Part shown: positions 1 to 8,851 of the stretch, in pieces
How positions within the stretch are numbered: position 1 is the stretch's first letter
Layout of the letters: every line of letters starts with the position of its first letter
Program-made: the position numbers and the translations under genes
Assembly: GCA_035262585.1 (NCBI GenBank)
Contig: DATFSO010000150.1
Coordinates: 2,760-66,759 of the forward strand
Direction of reading: 5' to 3'
Source: Terracidiphilus sp.
Lineage (GTDB): Bacteria; Acidobacteriota; Terriglobia; Terriglobales; Acidobacteriaceae
DNA length: 64,000 nucleotides
Notes under the pieces: model-generated
The model's input: the letters and a program-made list of their open reading frames with translations, nothing else
Told to the model about the DNA's origin: nothing
The model's database searches: none

Positions 1-551
1 CCCACGGCGCCGAACGCTACCGGCGCAGTGTTGGCGAGCAATGCAATCACCACAGCCTTGCGCGCATTGAATCCCAGACCGACGAGCAGAAATGCTGTTA
101 TCGCAATCGGCGATCCGAAACCCGCGGTCCCCTCGAGCAATGCCCCGAAACAGAACGCAACCAGGATCGCCTGGACGCAGGCATCAGACGAGGCATGGCC
201 TTGCACCCACTGCCGCAGTTGGTCGAACGATCCGGTCGATACCGTGAGGTTGTAGAGCCACAGCGCGCACAGGACAAGCCACAGAATGGACCACGTGGCA
301 TAGGCGAATCCGTATAGCACACTCCACGAGGCCAGAGCCATCGGCATGCGCCAGACCGCGCCAGCCAGAATCGCAGCCGTTCCCAAGCCACAGGCGGAGG
401 CGAAGAGACCGCTCTTGCGCAGCCCTCCCATCAGCACCAGCACCACGATCAGCGGAATTGTGGCGACTGCTGCGGAGAGCACGACCGAGTGAAGTGGATC
501 AAGCGGTTGGGGCCATGCCGCGGGGACAGGGGTCAAGTAGGCGAAGATCAA
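1..551 (-). CDS. lctP: L-lactate permease (N-terminal part; runs off the window start)
   Basis: Hand translation from TTG at 551, which has a GGAGG RBS, gives a hydrophobic protein with FCFGALLEGTAGFGSPIAI and ALLANTAPVAFGAVG, typical of the LctP family. Not in the ORF track. Confidence 0.85.
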   Translation of the reverse strand, partial: MIFAYLTPVPAAWPQPLDPLHSVVLSAAVATIPLIVVLVLMGGLRKSGLFASACGLGTAAILAGAVWRMPMALASWSVLYGFAYATWSILWLVLCALWLYNLTVSTGSFDQLRQWVQGHASSDACVQAILVAFCFGALLEGTAGFGSPIAITAFLLVGLGFNARKAVVIALLANTAPVAFGAV

Positions 552-632
552 CGGCTGCCTCCGTTAATAGCTCCCGCTGCAGGGCTGGATTCTGGATTCC
601 TCGCGGGGCTTGCTAGTTGTGCAACTTCGATG

Positions 633-735
633 CCAGAGAGATTAACATCCCGTTCGCGACTGAAGGAATCGCAGCATCAATGCAGACGGCGCGACAAGCG
701 AGCTACCAGTTCATCGCCGAGCGGGAAGTCTCTGG
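633..735. ncRNA. Candidate structured RNA (long imperfect hairpin)
   Basis: CCAGAGA(633-639) pairs with TCTCTGG(729-735); TCCCGTTCG(648-656) pairs with CGAGCGGGA(718-726); further GCGA/TCGC and TGAA/TTCA pairs. No family recognised. Confidence 0.3.
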
Positions 736-755
736 ATGTTCTTGGAAGGGGGTAG

Positions 756-845
756 TGGCGGAGAGAGTGGGATTCGAACCCACGTTAGAGTTTCCCCTAA
801 ACACGCTTTCCAAGCGTGCGCCTTCAACCACTCGGCCATCTCTCC
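756..845 (-). tRNA. tRNA-Ser(GGA), class II with long variable arm, CCA encoded
   Basis: Reverse complement reads GGAGAGATGGCCGAGTGG...CACGC TTGGAAA GCGTG...GGTTCGAATCCC...TCTCCGCCA; anticodon GGA. Confidence 0.97.
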
Positions 846-864
846 TGAGCAGTCGTTCTTCTTG

Positions 865-873
865 AATCTATCA
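865..873 (-). promoter_or_regulatory. Putative extended -10 (TG-A-TAGATT) for tRNA-Ser
   Basis: Motif lies about 20 nt upstream of the tRNA 5' end. Confidence 0.35.
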
Positions 874-946
874 CAGCAGAGGCTACGTCAGAGTCGCTCT
901 CCAGGAAGTCGAAATAGACCGCACGAGTAGCTTTGGGATCGAAAAA

Positions 947-984
947 TGAAATCGTTTACTTTGCGAGCGGCAGTAGTTTATAGT
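947..984 (+). promoter_or_regulatory. Putative GH2 promoter (TTTACT-18-TATAGT) with overlapping LacI-type operator TGAAATCGTTTACT
   Basis: The operator resembles the LacI-family TGWAANCGNTTNCA pattern except at the last base, and it overlaps the -35. Confidence 0.35.
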
Positions 985-1055
985 TCCGCTTTGCTCAATT
1001 GCCTCTGATTTTTCTGGCGCTGTATTGTCCTGCTCTGCAGGAGAAGGGGATTCTT

Positions 1056-3560
1056 ATGTCCGGCCTCTCTCGACGTGAACTGTTGTACTCCGCGATGGCG
1101 TTTTCAGCTTCTTCTCTTCGAACACGTTCTGCTCTTGCACGAACGGCCGCGCTGATCGCAGGAAATCCGGTGGAAGCCGTACCTGCTGTCGCTCCGCGCG
1201 AGCAATTGCTTTTCGATTTTGGATGGAAGTTCACATTGGGAAACGGGGCCGACCCCGCGAAGGATCTTGGGTTCGGTAATGGGCAGGGTGATTTTGCGAA
1301 AACAGGCGAGTTCGAATTTGCAAAGTCGAAGTTCGATGACGCGAAATGGCGAGCCATAAGTCTCCCACACGACTGGGCCGTGGAACTGCCGTTTGTGCGC
1401 GATGACGTGCAGACGTCGCATGGGTACAAGCCGGTGGGGCGCCGTTATCCCGAGACGAGCGTTGGATGGTACCGGCGCGCGTTCGATATCCCGGGAAGCG
1501 ACAAGGGGCGGCGCATCTGGGTGGAGTTCGACGGTGCATTTCGTGACGTACTCGTGTTTGTAAATGGCTGTTTCATCGGCCGCAACGATAACGGATACGC
1601 GCCGTTCCGTTTCGATCTTACGGATTTCCTCGCGTTCGGCGCCAGGAACTACATCGTGGTGCGCGTCGATGCGAGCTTTGGCGACGGATGGTTCTACGAG
1701 GGAGCCGGTATCTATCGTCACGTGTGGCTGACGAAGACAGATGCTCTGCACCTAGGCAAGTGGGAGAGCTTCGTTCGACCGGAAGTCAATGGCAGCTCGG
1801 CAACTCTGTCACTCGGCACGATCGTGCAGAACGATGGGAAACAGGCTGAGACAGCAAGGGTGAAATGGCAGGTTGTGGATGCTGCCGGAAAGACGGTTGC
1901 CGAGGCCGAGTCGCCGGCACAATCGATCGCGGTGGATGGTTCGGCGACTTTCAGTGCAACTGCGAAGCTTCCGAATCCGGCACTGTGGTCGGTTGAAACG
2001 CCCAATCTGTATCAGGCGATTGTTACCGTCGTGGTCGGTGGCAAGACTCGCGATGCGGAGCGCGTGAACTTTGGTGTTCGCACCGCGAAGTTCACGGCAG
2101 ACAAGGGATTCTTCCTGAACGGTAAGCCGGTGAAGATCCAGGGAACGTGCAATCACCAAGACCATGCTGGAGTTGGCGCTGCGGTGCCCGATGCATTGCA
2201 GTGGTTCAGACTCGCCGTGCTCAGGGAGATGGGCGGCAACGCCGTTCGCACCTCGCATAACATGCCTACGCCGGAATGGGTGGAAGCATGCGATCGCATG
2301 GGAATGATGATGATGTGCGAGACGCGGCAGATGAGCTCGAATCCCGAAGGCATGGCGCAGCTTGCTGCGATGGTGAAGCGCTATCGGAATTCGCCTTCCA
2401 TCATCCTTTGGTCAATTGGCAATGAGGAGAATCAACTGCAAGGCCCGATGGCTGAGCAAGGCGCACGAATGGCGGAGACGATGGTTCGCCTTTGCCACGA
2501 ACTCGATCCGACGCGTGTGGTTTCCGCTGCAGTGAATGGCAACAACCGGCAAGGTGTTTCCGATGCATTCGACGTCATCGGGTTTAATTACAACTTGAGT
2601 TTCCCAGACAAGTTTCACGCGGAACATCCCGACCGACCGGTGTATGGGTCAGAGACGTCGAGTGCGATCGGCACACGGGGTGTCTACAGTTCGGATCCTC
2701 TCAGGAATACAGTGAATTCCTACGATGGCGTCGTTCCGTGGGGCGAGACGGCTGAGGACTGGTGGAAGTTCTATGGGACCCGCGAATGGTTGGCGGGCGG
2801 CTTCGCGTGGACGGGGTTCGATTATCGCGGCGAGCCGACACCATATGGATGGCCGTCGATCAACTCGCAGTTCGGCATCGCAGATATGTGCGGGTTCCCG
2901 AAGGACAACTTCTTCTACTACAAGGCGTGGTGGGGCAAGGATCCGTTGGTGCACGTTTTTCCGCACTGGAACTGGGAAGGACGCGAGGGCGACGAGATTC
3001 CGGTTTGGGTGTATTCAAACCTGGATGAGGTCGAGCTGTTCGTGAACGGCAAGAGCGCGGGCAGTCGGAAGGTGCCGCACCTCGGGCATGTCGAGTGGAA
3101 GGTGCGCTACGAGCCGGGGACGATTGAGGCTCGCGGTATGAAGGACGGCAAGGTCGTGCTGACGGACAAGCGAGAGACAACCGGGCCGGCGGCTGCCATT
3201 CGATTGACTGCAGATCGCAACGAGATCAGCGCCGATGGCGAAGACATCACTGTCATCAAGGTTGAAGGACTCGACAAAGAAGGACGGCTTGTTCCTATCG
3301 CGAACAACAAAATCGGCTTCAAAGTCACGGGCAACGGTGTGTTGATCGGGGTCGGCAACGGAGATCCGAACTGCCTGGAGAGCGACAAGGCAGCGAAGAG
3401 GTCGCTCTTCAACGGTCTCGCGCAGGTCATCGTTCAGGCGACAAAGGAACCCGGCGATATTCAGATTGAAGCGCACAAGGACGGCTGGGACGGTCCGGCG
3501 CTGACTCCGGCGACCATCACGATCCGGACAAAGCAGGTGGCACTGCGGCCGGCTCTTTGA
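1056..3560 (+). CDS. Glycoside hydrolase family 2 (beta-galactosidase-like), Tat-exported
   Basis: SRRELL Tat-like leader; GH2 motifs NAVRTSHN, SIILWSIGNEE and AGGFAWTGFDYRGEPTP. Start chosen at ATG 1056 after an AG-rich RBS. Confidence 0.93.
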   Translation: MSGLSRRELLYSAMAFSASSLRTRSALARTAALIAGNPVEAVPAVAPREQLLFDFGWKFTLGNGADPAKDLGFGNGQGDFAKTGEFEFAKSKFDDAKWRAISLPHDWAVELPFVRDDVQTSHGYKPVGRRYPETSVGWYRRAFDIPGSDKGRRIWVEFDGAFRDVLVFVNGCFIGRNDNGYAPFRFDLTDFLAFGARNYIVVRVDASFGDGWFYEGAGIYRHVWLTKTDALHLGKWESFVRPEVNGSSATLSLGTIVQNDGKQAETARVKWQVVDAAGKTVAEAESPAQSIAVDGSATFSATAKLPNPALWSVETPNLYQAIVTVVVGGKTRDAERVNFGVRTAKFTADKGFFLNGKPVKIQGTCNHQDHAGVGAAVPDALQWFRLAVLREMGGNAVRTSHNMPTPEWVEACDRMGMMMMCETRQMSSNPEGMAQLAAMVKRYRNSPSIILWSIGNEENQLQGPMAEQGARMAETMVRLCHELDPTRVVSAAVNGNNRQGVSDAFDVIGFNYNLSFPDKFHAEHPDRPVYGSETSSAIGTRGVYSSDPLRNTVNSYDGVVPWGETAEDWWKFYGTREWLAGGFAWTGFDYRGEPTPYGWPSINSQFGIADMCGFPKDNFFYYKAWWGKDPLVHVFPHWNWEGREGDEIPVWVYSNLDEVELFVNGKSAGSRKVPHLGHVEWKVRYEPGTIEARGMKDGKVVLTDKRETTGPAAAIRLTADRNEISADGEDITVIKVEGLDKEGRLVPIANNKIGFKVTGNGVLIGVGNGDPNCLESDKAAKRSLFNGLAQVIVQATKEPGDIQIEAHKDGWDGPALTPATITIRTKQVALRPAL

Positions 3561-3639
3561 GACAGGGAACGAGGGACCTAAGGGAACAAGGGAACCAGGG
3601 ATTAGAGACTGGTTCCCTGTTCCCTAATCCCTGACTGTC
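3561..3639. repeat. AGGGA(A/C/T)N 7-9 nt tandem repeat array followed by its inverted copy
   Basis: agggaacg-agggaccta-agggaaca-agggaacc-agggatt, then ttccctgttccctaatccctg. Confidence 0.8.
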
Positions 3640-3659
3640 ATCCTTTAAACTGAACCCAC

Positions 3660-4517
3660 ATGACTTGCGTCGCTATCGTCAGTAAGCCGCGAAAGCAGGA
3701 ACTTGTTCATTTGTTGCCGGAACTGATTGACTGGCTCCGGCGGCATGATTACGAACCGCTGCTCGATTCCGAGGGAGCCGGCTACACAAATGCCGCCCCG
3801 TTCGTGGATCGCGCAGACATGCCGGCGCACCATCCGCAGCTTGTGATCGTCCTCGGTGGCGATGGCACGCTGCTTTCGGTCGCGCGCATCTTCGCCGCCA
3901 CCGGAACGCCCATTCTCAGCGTCAACCTCGGCTCACTCGGATTCCTCACCGAAGTCCGCCTTGGCGCCCTGTATGCAACGCTCGAAAGCTGGTGCGAGAA
4001 CTGCCATACCCTCGATGCGCGCGCCATGCTTCGCGCCGAGGTCATTCGAGAGGGCGCTACTGTCAAGACCTATGAGGCATTGAACGAGGTCGTTGTCTCC
4101 AAGGGCGACATCGCCCGCATGGGCGAGTTCGCAGTGGAACTCGATGGCAGGAGGGTTGCTCGATTCCGCGCGGACGGCGTCATCGTTTCCACGCCCACGG
4201 GGTCCACGGCATACACACTCGCCGCCAATGGCCCCATCCTGACGCCTGACGTCGATGCGCTTGTGGTCACGCCCATTTGCCCTCATCTGCTCACGCTGCG
4301 GCCCATAGTTGTGCGCGGAGACGCGTGCCTTACGGTCCGTGTTGAGGGGGTTCCGACCGAGTGCCTTCTCACGGTCGATGGACAGATCGGCTTCGAGCTT
4401 CACCTTGGCGACGAAGTTCAGTGCCGGCGCTCCGCCTACACGGTCAATCTCGTCCGTCTCAATGACAGCGGCTTCTTTGATGCATTGCGCAGCAAGCTAA
4501 GCTGGGGCGAACGATAG
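3660..4517 (+). CDS. nadK: NAD kinase
   Basis: LGGDGT, NLGSLGFL, ALNE, ADGVIVSTPTGSTAY motifs. Confidence 0.95.
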   Translation: MTCVAIVSKPRKQELVHLLPELIDWLRRHDYEPLLDSEGAGYTNAAPFVDRADMPAHHPQLVIVLGGDGTLLSVARIFAATGTPILSVNLGSLGFLTEVRLGALYATLESWCENCHTLDARAMLRAEVIREGATVKTYEALNEVVVSKGDIARMGEFAVELDGRRVARFRADGVIVSTPTGSTAYTLAANGPILTPDVDALVVTPICPHLLTLRPIVVRGDACLTVRVEGVPTECLLTVDGQIGFELHLGDEVQCRRSAYTVNLVRLNDSGFFDALRSKLSWGER

Positions 4518-4662
4518 AACGGGGAACAAGGACTAGGACGCAGTACCGTTCCCTCAAACTCCGCGCACCTACACAGAGGATTTCGGGCGAGGCGCTTCAC
4601 AAATAGTGTTCGTGGGGTTCTCGACGTTATTTGAAGGGCGCCATCCTTCGCCGATCGGGGGG

Positions 4663-4730
4663 CTTGTTCCCTTGTGCCCTCGGTCCCTTGGTCCCTATTC
4701 TTTTGTTCCCTCGGTCTCTTGGCCCCTTGC
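4663..4730. repeat. (G)TTCCCT/GTCCCT short-repeat array, same family as 3561-3639
   Basis: ttgttccct-tgtgccct-cggtccct-tggtccct...ttgttccct between convergent genes; a GGGAAC partner lies at about 4520. Confidence 0.7.
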
Positions 4731-5264
4731 TTACGGATGCAACTCATCGAGCAGCACCTTGGCTTTGTCTGCCAGAGTGGACGCGCCATCGACGTCGCCG
4801 GAGGTGAGAGCATCCTTGGCCTGCTTCAGGAACTCTTTAATCTGAGCCACGGTCTTTTGTTCCTGGTCGTTCAACTTGCGCGTGATCCCATTCAGGCTCT
4901 TCTCGGTCGACTGGATTGACGCATCCGTCTGCTGCCGCTTGTTGGGCGGGTCGCCTGTCGACAGTTGTCCAATGATGGAGGACGCGGGCACCCCGCTCGA
5001 AGCTACTTGCGGATTTGCCGGTGGCTTCCTGTGGCGCGGCGGTCTCTTCACCGGCTCTGGCGGCAGCGCGATCTGCGGCACCGGCTGCGCAGGGATCGTC
5101 ACATCTGGCGGAGGAAGACTCGCCGGTTCTGGCCTCGGCGGAGCCGCCTCCTCAATTGGCGGAGCCAGCGGCTGATTCTGCGCGACCTGGGTCTTGTGTA
5201 AGTGTATGCACCCCGTCAAAAACAACAAAAACAGCCAGGCAGCGCTCTTGGCGCTCAACCTCAT
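4731..5264 (-). CDS. Hypothetical lipoprotein (lipobox LTGC, Pro-rich linker, helical C-terminal domain)
   Basis: Start overlaps the kinase stop (ATGA); signal peptide MRLSAKSAAWLFLLFLTGC. Confidence 0.75.
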   Translation of the reverse strand: MRLSAKSAAWLFLLFLTGCIHLHKTQVAQNQPLAPPIEEAAPPRPEPASLPPPDVTIPAQPVPQIALPPEPVKRPPRHRKPPANPQVASSGVPASSIIGQLSTGDPPNKRQQTDASIQSTEKSLNGITRKLNDQEQKTVAQIKEFLKQAKDALTSGDVDGASTLADKAKVLLDELHP

Positions 5265-7165
5265 GTTTCCAACCCCTTTGTTTCTTCCACATTGGCCGGC
5301 TGCAGATGCCGGCGTCCCCATTCCGTGGCTGCGAGTGGAACACGCAGAGAGAACTCCGTGCCACGTCCCACCTTCGATTGTACTTCCACGCTACCGTGAT
5401 GCAACTGCAGAATGCGGTAAGTCATTGCCAGACCGATGCCGCTGCCCCCGCTTTTCGTGGTGAAGTAAAGATCGAAGATCTTGTCGCGAATCTCCGGTGC
5501 GATTCCCACACCCTCGTCGGCGATCCGAAGCACGGCCGTCTTACGCTCTTCCGCAAGCCTCACGCGCAGAGTCCCGCCGTTGGGCATCGCCTGTGCGCCG
5601 TTCTGAATCACGTTAATGGCAGCCTGTTTCAACAAGTCGGCATCGACATTCACAATCATCGGATCTGCCGGAATCTCGCTCTCCAGCCTGACACTCCTGG
5701 TCGACAATTCTTCCCTGGCCAGAGCAAGCACGTCGCCAATCACTGTCCGCATATCCTGCTCGTGCAGCTGCAGTTCCACCGGCCGCGAGAAATCCACCAG
5801 CGTCTGGACGACGCGATCCAGCCGTCGGATCTCCGCATCGATTACCTCGAGGTGTCTGGCGGCGGGCACGTGATCCGTCCCCAGTTTGTTTTTCAGCAAC
5901 TCCAGGTGGACCACGATTGCATTGATCGGATTCTTGACTTCATGCCCCACCCCAGCCGTCAGCCGGCCAATGGCAGCCATGCGTCGCGACAGCTCGAGCT
6001 CAGACTCGATCTGCTCTACCGATTCCAGATCGTGCAGCGTCACAAGTGCGCCTAGACCCGTCCTTGTACGGTCGTCATAGATGAAATCGACCGAGGCCTG
6101 GAGGCGGTGCCCCGTCTCGGTCTGAACCTCCTCCTGCACCAAGGTGACTCTGGCATCAAAGGCTTCGCGAAGCGTTCGGCCAAGCACCGTCGAACGGTCG
6201 AAGACCTCGCTCGCCTGCAAGCCCAGGATGTTCTCGTTGTCCTTGTTCAGGAAGCGGCGCGCTGCTTCGGAGACCAGCACGGCGCGGCCATCTCCCGTAA
6301 ACAACAGGATGCCGTCCTGCAGGTTACCGAGGATCTGGTCCAGGTTCTCCTTCAAGGCAGAGAAGACCTCCTCGACGTTGCGCATGCGCTGACCGATCTG
6401 CTCGATCTTTGTCGAAACCCTTTGCGCAGTATCTAGCTTCGGCTCTTCGCCTTCTTCTGGTGCCGCTCCCGCGGGAATCGGGTTCCAGTAATCAAGTTGC
6501 ATGCTGATCTCTTCCAGCGGCCTTAACGCGAGATTGCTCAGCAGGAACGCTGCGATCAAAGCCGTGCCGGCGGCAAAAGCCATTAGCGTGAATGCTTCCT
6601 TCAACGAAGGCTCATAGACGTGCCGCAAAAACGTATTTCTCACGCCAACATGCACGCTCAGGAAGGGCACGCCATTGCGGTCCTGCGGCACGACGATGTC
6701 GTACACCTTTGGCGGCCCATAGATCTCCCGCATTTTGGCCGCAGGATCGGCTGCAAGCAGTTCGCCATAGTTGGGCCGCTGCGGCAGCGGTTTGCCATCG
6801 TTTCCAGGCAATGTGCTCACCACGATACGCGATTGCGCATCCGCAACGCTGATATCCAGCAGCGTCGCAGAGTACATGTTTGCCGACTCCATCACGGCTC
6901 GGAGTGCAGTGCTGTCGCGTACGGCCGCCACCACCAACTCGTGCAGCTTTGCCGTATCGTTAGGATCGACGACCTGGTCTTTGAGCCCGGTCACAAGGGC
7001 ATCCCGCAGCGCCGAACTCACCTGGTTCGCAATCATTCGATTCGAGTCATACGATTGCTGGATCGCCGCATCCACCAGGTGGCTTACGTACACCAGCGAA
7101 AGCAACCCCGCAATCAGGAACACCAGACTCGTGATTGCGATGACGAGTTTTGTCTTCAACCGCAT
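5261..7165 (-). CDS. Membrane sensor histidine kinase (PAS + HisKA + HATPase)
   Basis: H-box GVGHEVKNP, N-box NVIQNGAQA, DEGVGI and GSGIGL; two TM segments. Confidence 0.95.
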   Translation of the reverse strand: MRLKTKLVIAITSLVFLIAGLLSLVYVSHLVDAAIQQSYDSNRMIANQVSSALRDALVTGLKDQVVDPNDTAKLHELVVAAVRDSTALRAVMESANMYSATLLDISVADAQSRIVVSTLPGNDGKPLPQRPNYGELLAADPAAKMREIYGPPKVYDIVVPQDRNGVPFLSVHVGVRNTFLRHVYEPSLKEAFTLMAFAAGTALIAAFLLSNLALRPLEEISMQLDYWNPIPAGAAPEEGEEPKLDTAQRVSTKIEQIGQRMRNVEEVFSALKENLDQILGNLQDGILLFTGDGRAVLVSEAARRFLNKDNENILGLQASEVFDRSTVLGRTLREAFDARVTLVQEEVQTETGHRLQASVDFIYDDRTRTGLGALVTLHDLESVEQIESELELSRRMAAIGRLTAGVGHEVKNPINAIVVHLELLKNKLGTDHVPAARHLEVIDAEIRRLDRVVQTLVDFSRPVELQLHEQDMRTVIGDVLALAREELSTRSVRLESEIPADPMIVNVDADLLKQAAINVIQNGAQAMPNGGTLRVRLAEERKTAVLRIADEGVGIAPEIRDKIFDLYFTTKSGGSGIGLAMTYRILQLHHGSVEVQSKVGRGTEFSLRVPLAATEWGRRHLQPANVEETKGLET

Positions 7166-7309
7166 GGTTTGTAACAGAGCATGGCAATTAGCCACGCCGC
7201 ATCAGAGGCAGAGAGGAATCTCGGGCTCTAGCCCCTGAAGCAACTCTCTATACCTCGCTGTGTTCTTCTCACTTTACCGCACGGGGAAATCCGCGAAAAG
7301 CTCGGCTCG

Positions 7310-8788
7310 CTACAGATCCGGGAAGTCTGCACGGTGCGAATCATCGCCGCGCCCTCGGCGATCCGGTGGAGCGGGTTGATCCTCGCGCGACTGGCTGTAT
7401 TCCTTCAGCTTGTTGTGCAGTGTCTTTAGACTCACTCCAAGAATCTCGGCCGCGCGCGTCTTGTTCTGTCCCGTCGATTCGAGGGTACGCAGAATCAGCA
7501 TGCGCTCTGCTTCATCCACGGTTGTTCCCACACGCACAGGAACCACGCTCGCATCGCTTGCGCGAGCGGGGGCCGCCGGCAGCGCTGAACCAAATGTGCG
7601 CGGAAGATGAGCAATGTCCAGAGGCGCTCCGTCCGGACACAGGATCACGGCGCGCTCAATCGCATTACGCAGCTCGCGCGCGTTCCCGGGCCAGTCGTAG
7701 CCTACCATCCGGTCCAGAATCGAATCGGAAAGCCCTGCCACACGGCGCCCATGCTTCTGATTCATTTCGCGCACCATGGCCTCGGCCATCAGCTGCAAAT
7801 CCTCCATGTGCTCTCGTAACGGAGGCATGTGAATGTGGAAAACATTCAGCCGGTAATAGAGATCCGTCCGCAGATGCCCGTGAGCGACCGCGTCCTCCGG
7901 ATCCCGGTTCGTTGCCGCGAGCACGCGGACGTCCACGTCCTGCTCGGTACGCGCACCGAGGCGCCGCAGCTTTCGCTCCTCCAGTACTCGCAGAAGCTTG
8001 GCCTGCGTCCCGATCGGCATCTCACCCAGCTCATCCAGCAGCAGCGTTCCGCCGGTCGCCAGCTCAAAGCATCCTGCCCGGCGTTCCAGTGCGCCGGTAA
8101 ACGCACCCTTTTCGTGCCCGAAAATCTCGCTCTCAATCAGCGTTTCGGGAATCGCCGCGCAGTTGACAGCCAGGAACGGCCGGCCCTTCCGGGGGCTCAA
8201 GTCGTGCAGCGTCCTCGCCACCATCTCCTTGCCCGTTCCGCTTTCGCCCGTAATCAAGACAGAGACATTCGAAGGGGCGATCTGCTCGATCAGCGCAAAT
8301 ATCTCGCGCATGGACTTCGAGCTTCCCACCATCGATCCCAGGATGCCCGTGTTCCGCAACTGCCTGCGCGTGACCTCAAGTTCAATTTCGGTTGTCCTCT
8401 GCCTTGTTGCATTCGTGAGGATGGTTCGCAGACGCGTTGCATCTACCGGCTTCTGGAGAAAGTCATAGGCGCCGAGTTTCATGGCGTCTACCGCGGTCTG
8501 GATCGATCCCTGGGCTGTCAGCAGCACCACTGCAACCTTCGAACTCGGACTTTCGGCCAGCTTCGTCAGCAGCCCGATACCATCCATGCGCGGCATCTTC
8601 AGATCGGTGACCACGATCGCGGGATCCCAGACGAGCGCCTTCTCCCAGCCCTCAACGCCGTCGCGCGCAGTCTCGGTCTGGTAGCCCCAGCCGGAGATCA
8701 ACTCCGCGAGCCCCATCAGGGCATGGGGTTCGTCTTCCACGATCAAAACCTTCACGGGGTTCTGCATATCATCTTTCGATGCAGCCAT
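7310..8788 (-). CDS. Sigma-54-dependent response regulator (NtrC family); start could be 8767
   Basis: Receiver domain (VEDE, DLKMP), GESGTGKE, ESEIFGHEKGAFTGA, Fis-type HTH. Confidence 0.95.
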   Translation of the reverse strand: MAASKDDMQNPVKVLIVEDEPHALMGLAELISGWGYQTETARDGVEGWEKALVWDPAIVVTDLKMPRMDGIGLLTKLAESPSSKVAVVLLTAQGSIQTAVDAMKLGAYDFLQKPVDATRLRTILTNATRQRTTEIELEVTRRQLRNTGILGSMVGSSKSMREIFALIEQIAPSNVSVLITGESGTGKEMVARTLHDLSPRKGRPFLAVNCAAIPETLIESEIFGHEKGAFTGALERRAGCFELATGGTLLLDELGEMPIGTQAKLLRVLEERKLRRLGARTEQDVDVRVLAATNRDPEDAVAHGHLRTDLYYRLNVFHIHMPPLREHMEDLQLMAEAMVREMNQKHGRRVAGLSDSILDRMVGYDWPGNARELRNAIERAVILCPDGAPLDIAHLPRTFGSALPAAPARASDASVVPVRVGTTVDEAERMLILRTLESTGQNKTRAAEILGVSLKTLHNKLKEYSQSREDQPAPPDRRGRGDDSHRADFPDL

Positions 8789-8851
8789 TTCGCTGCGCGT
8801 CTTCAGAATGGGGCTTTGGCTTCAACACGCTTTCGAGGCCTTCCTCCTAGT

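Noticed and set aside
582-599. GGGCTGGATTCTGGATTC resembles the 5' end of E. coli tmRNA
   Set aside because: No tag reading frame, T-arm or CCA end at the expected distance; treated as chance.
552-845. tRNA-Ser 3' end as an integration site
   Set aside because: No integrase and no duplicated tRNA 3' end anywhere in the window.
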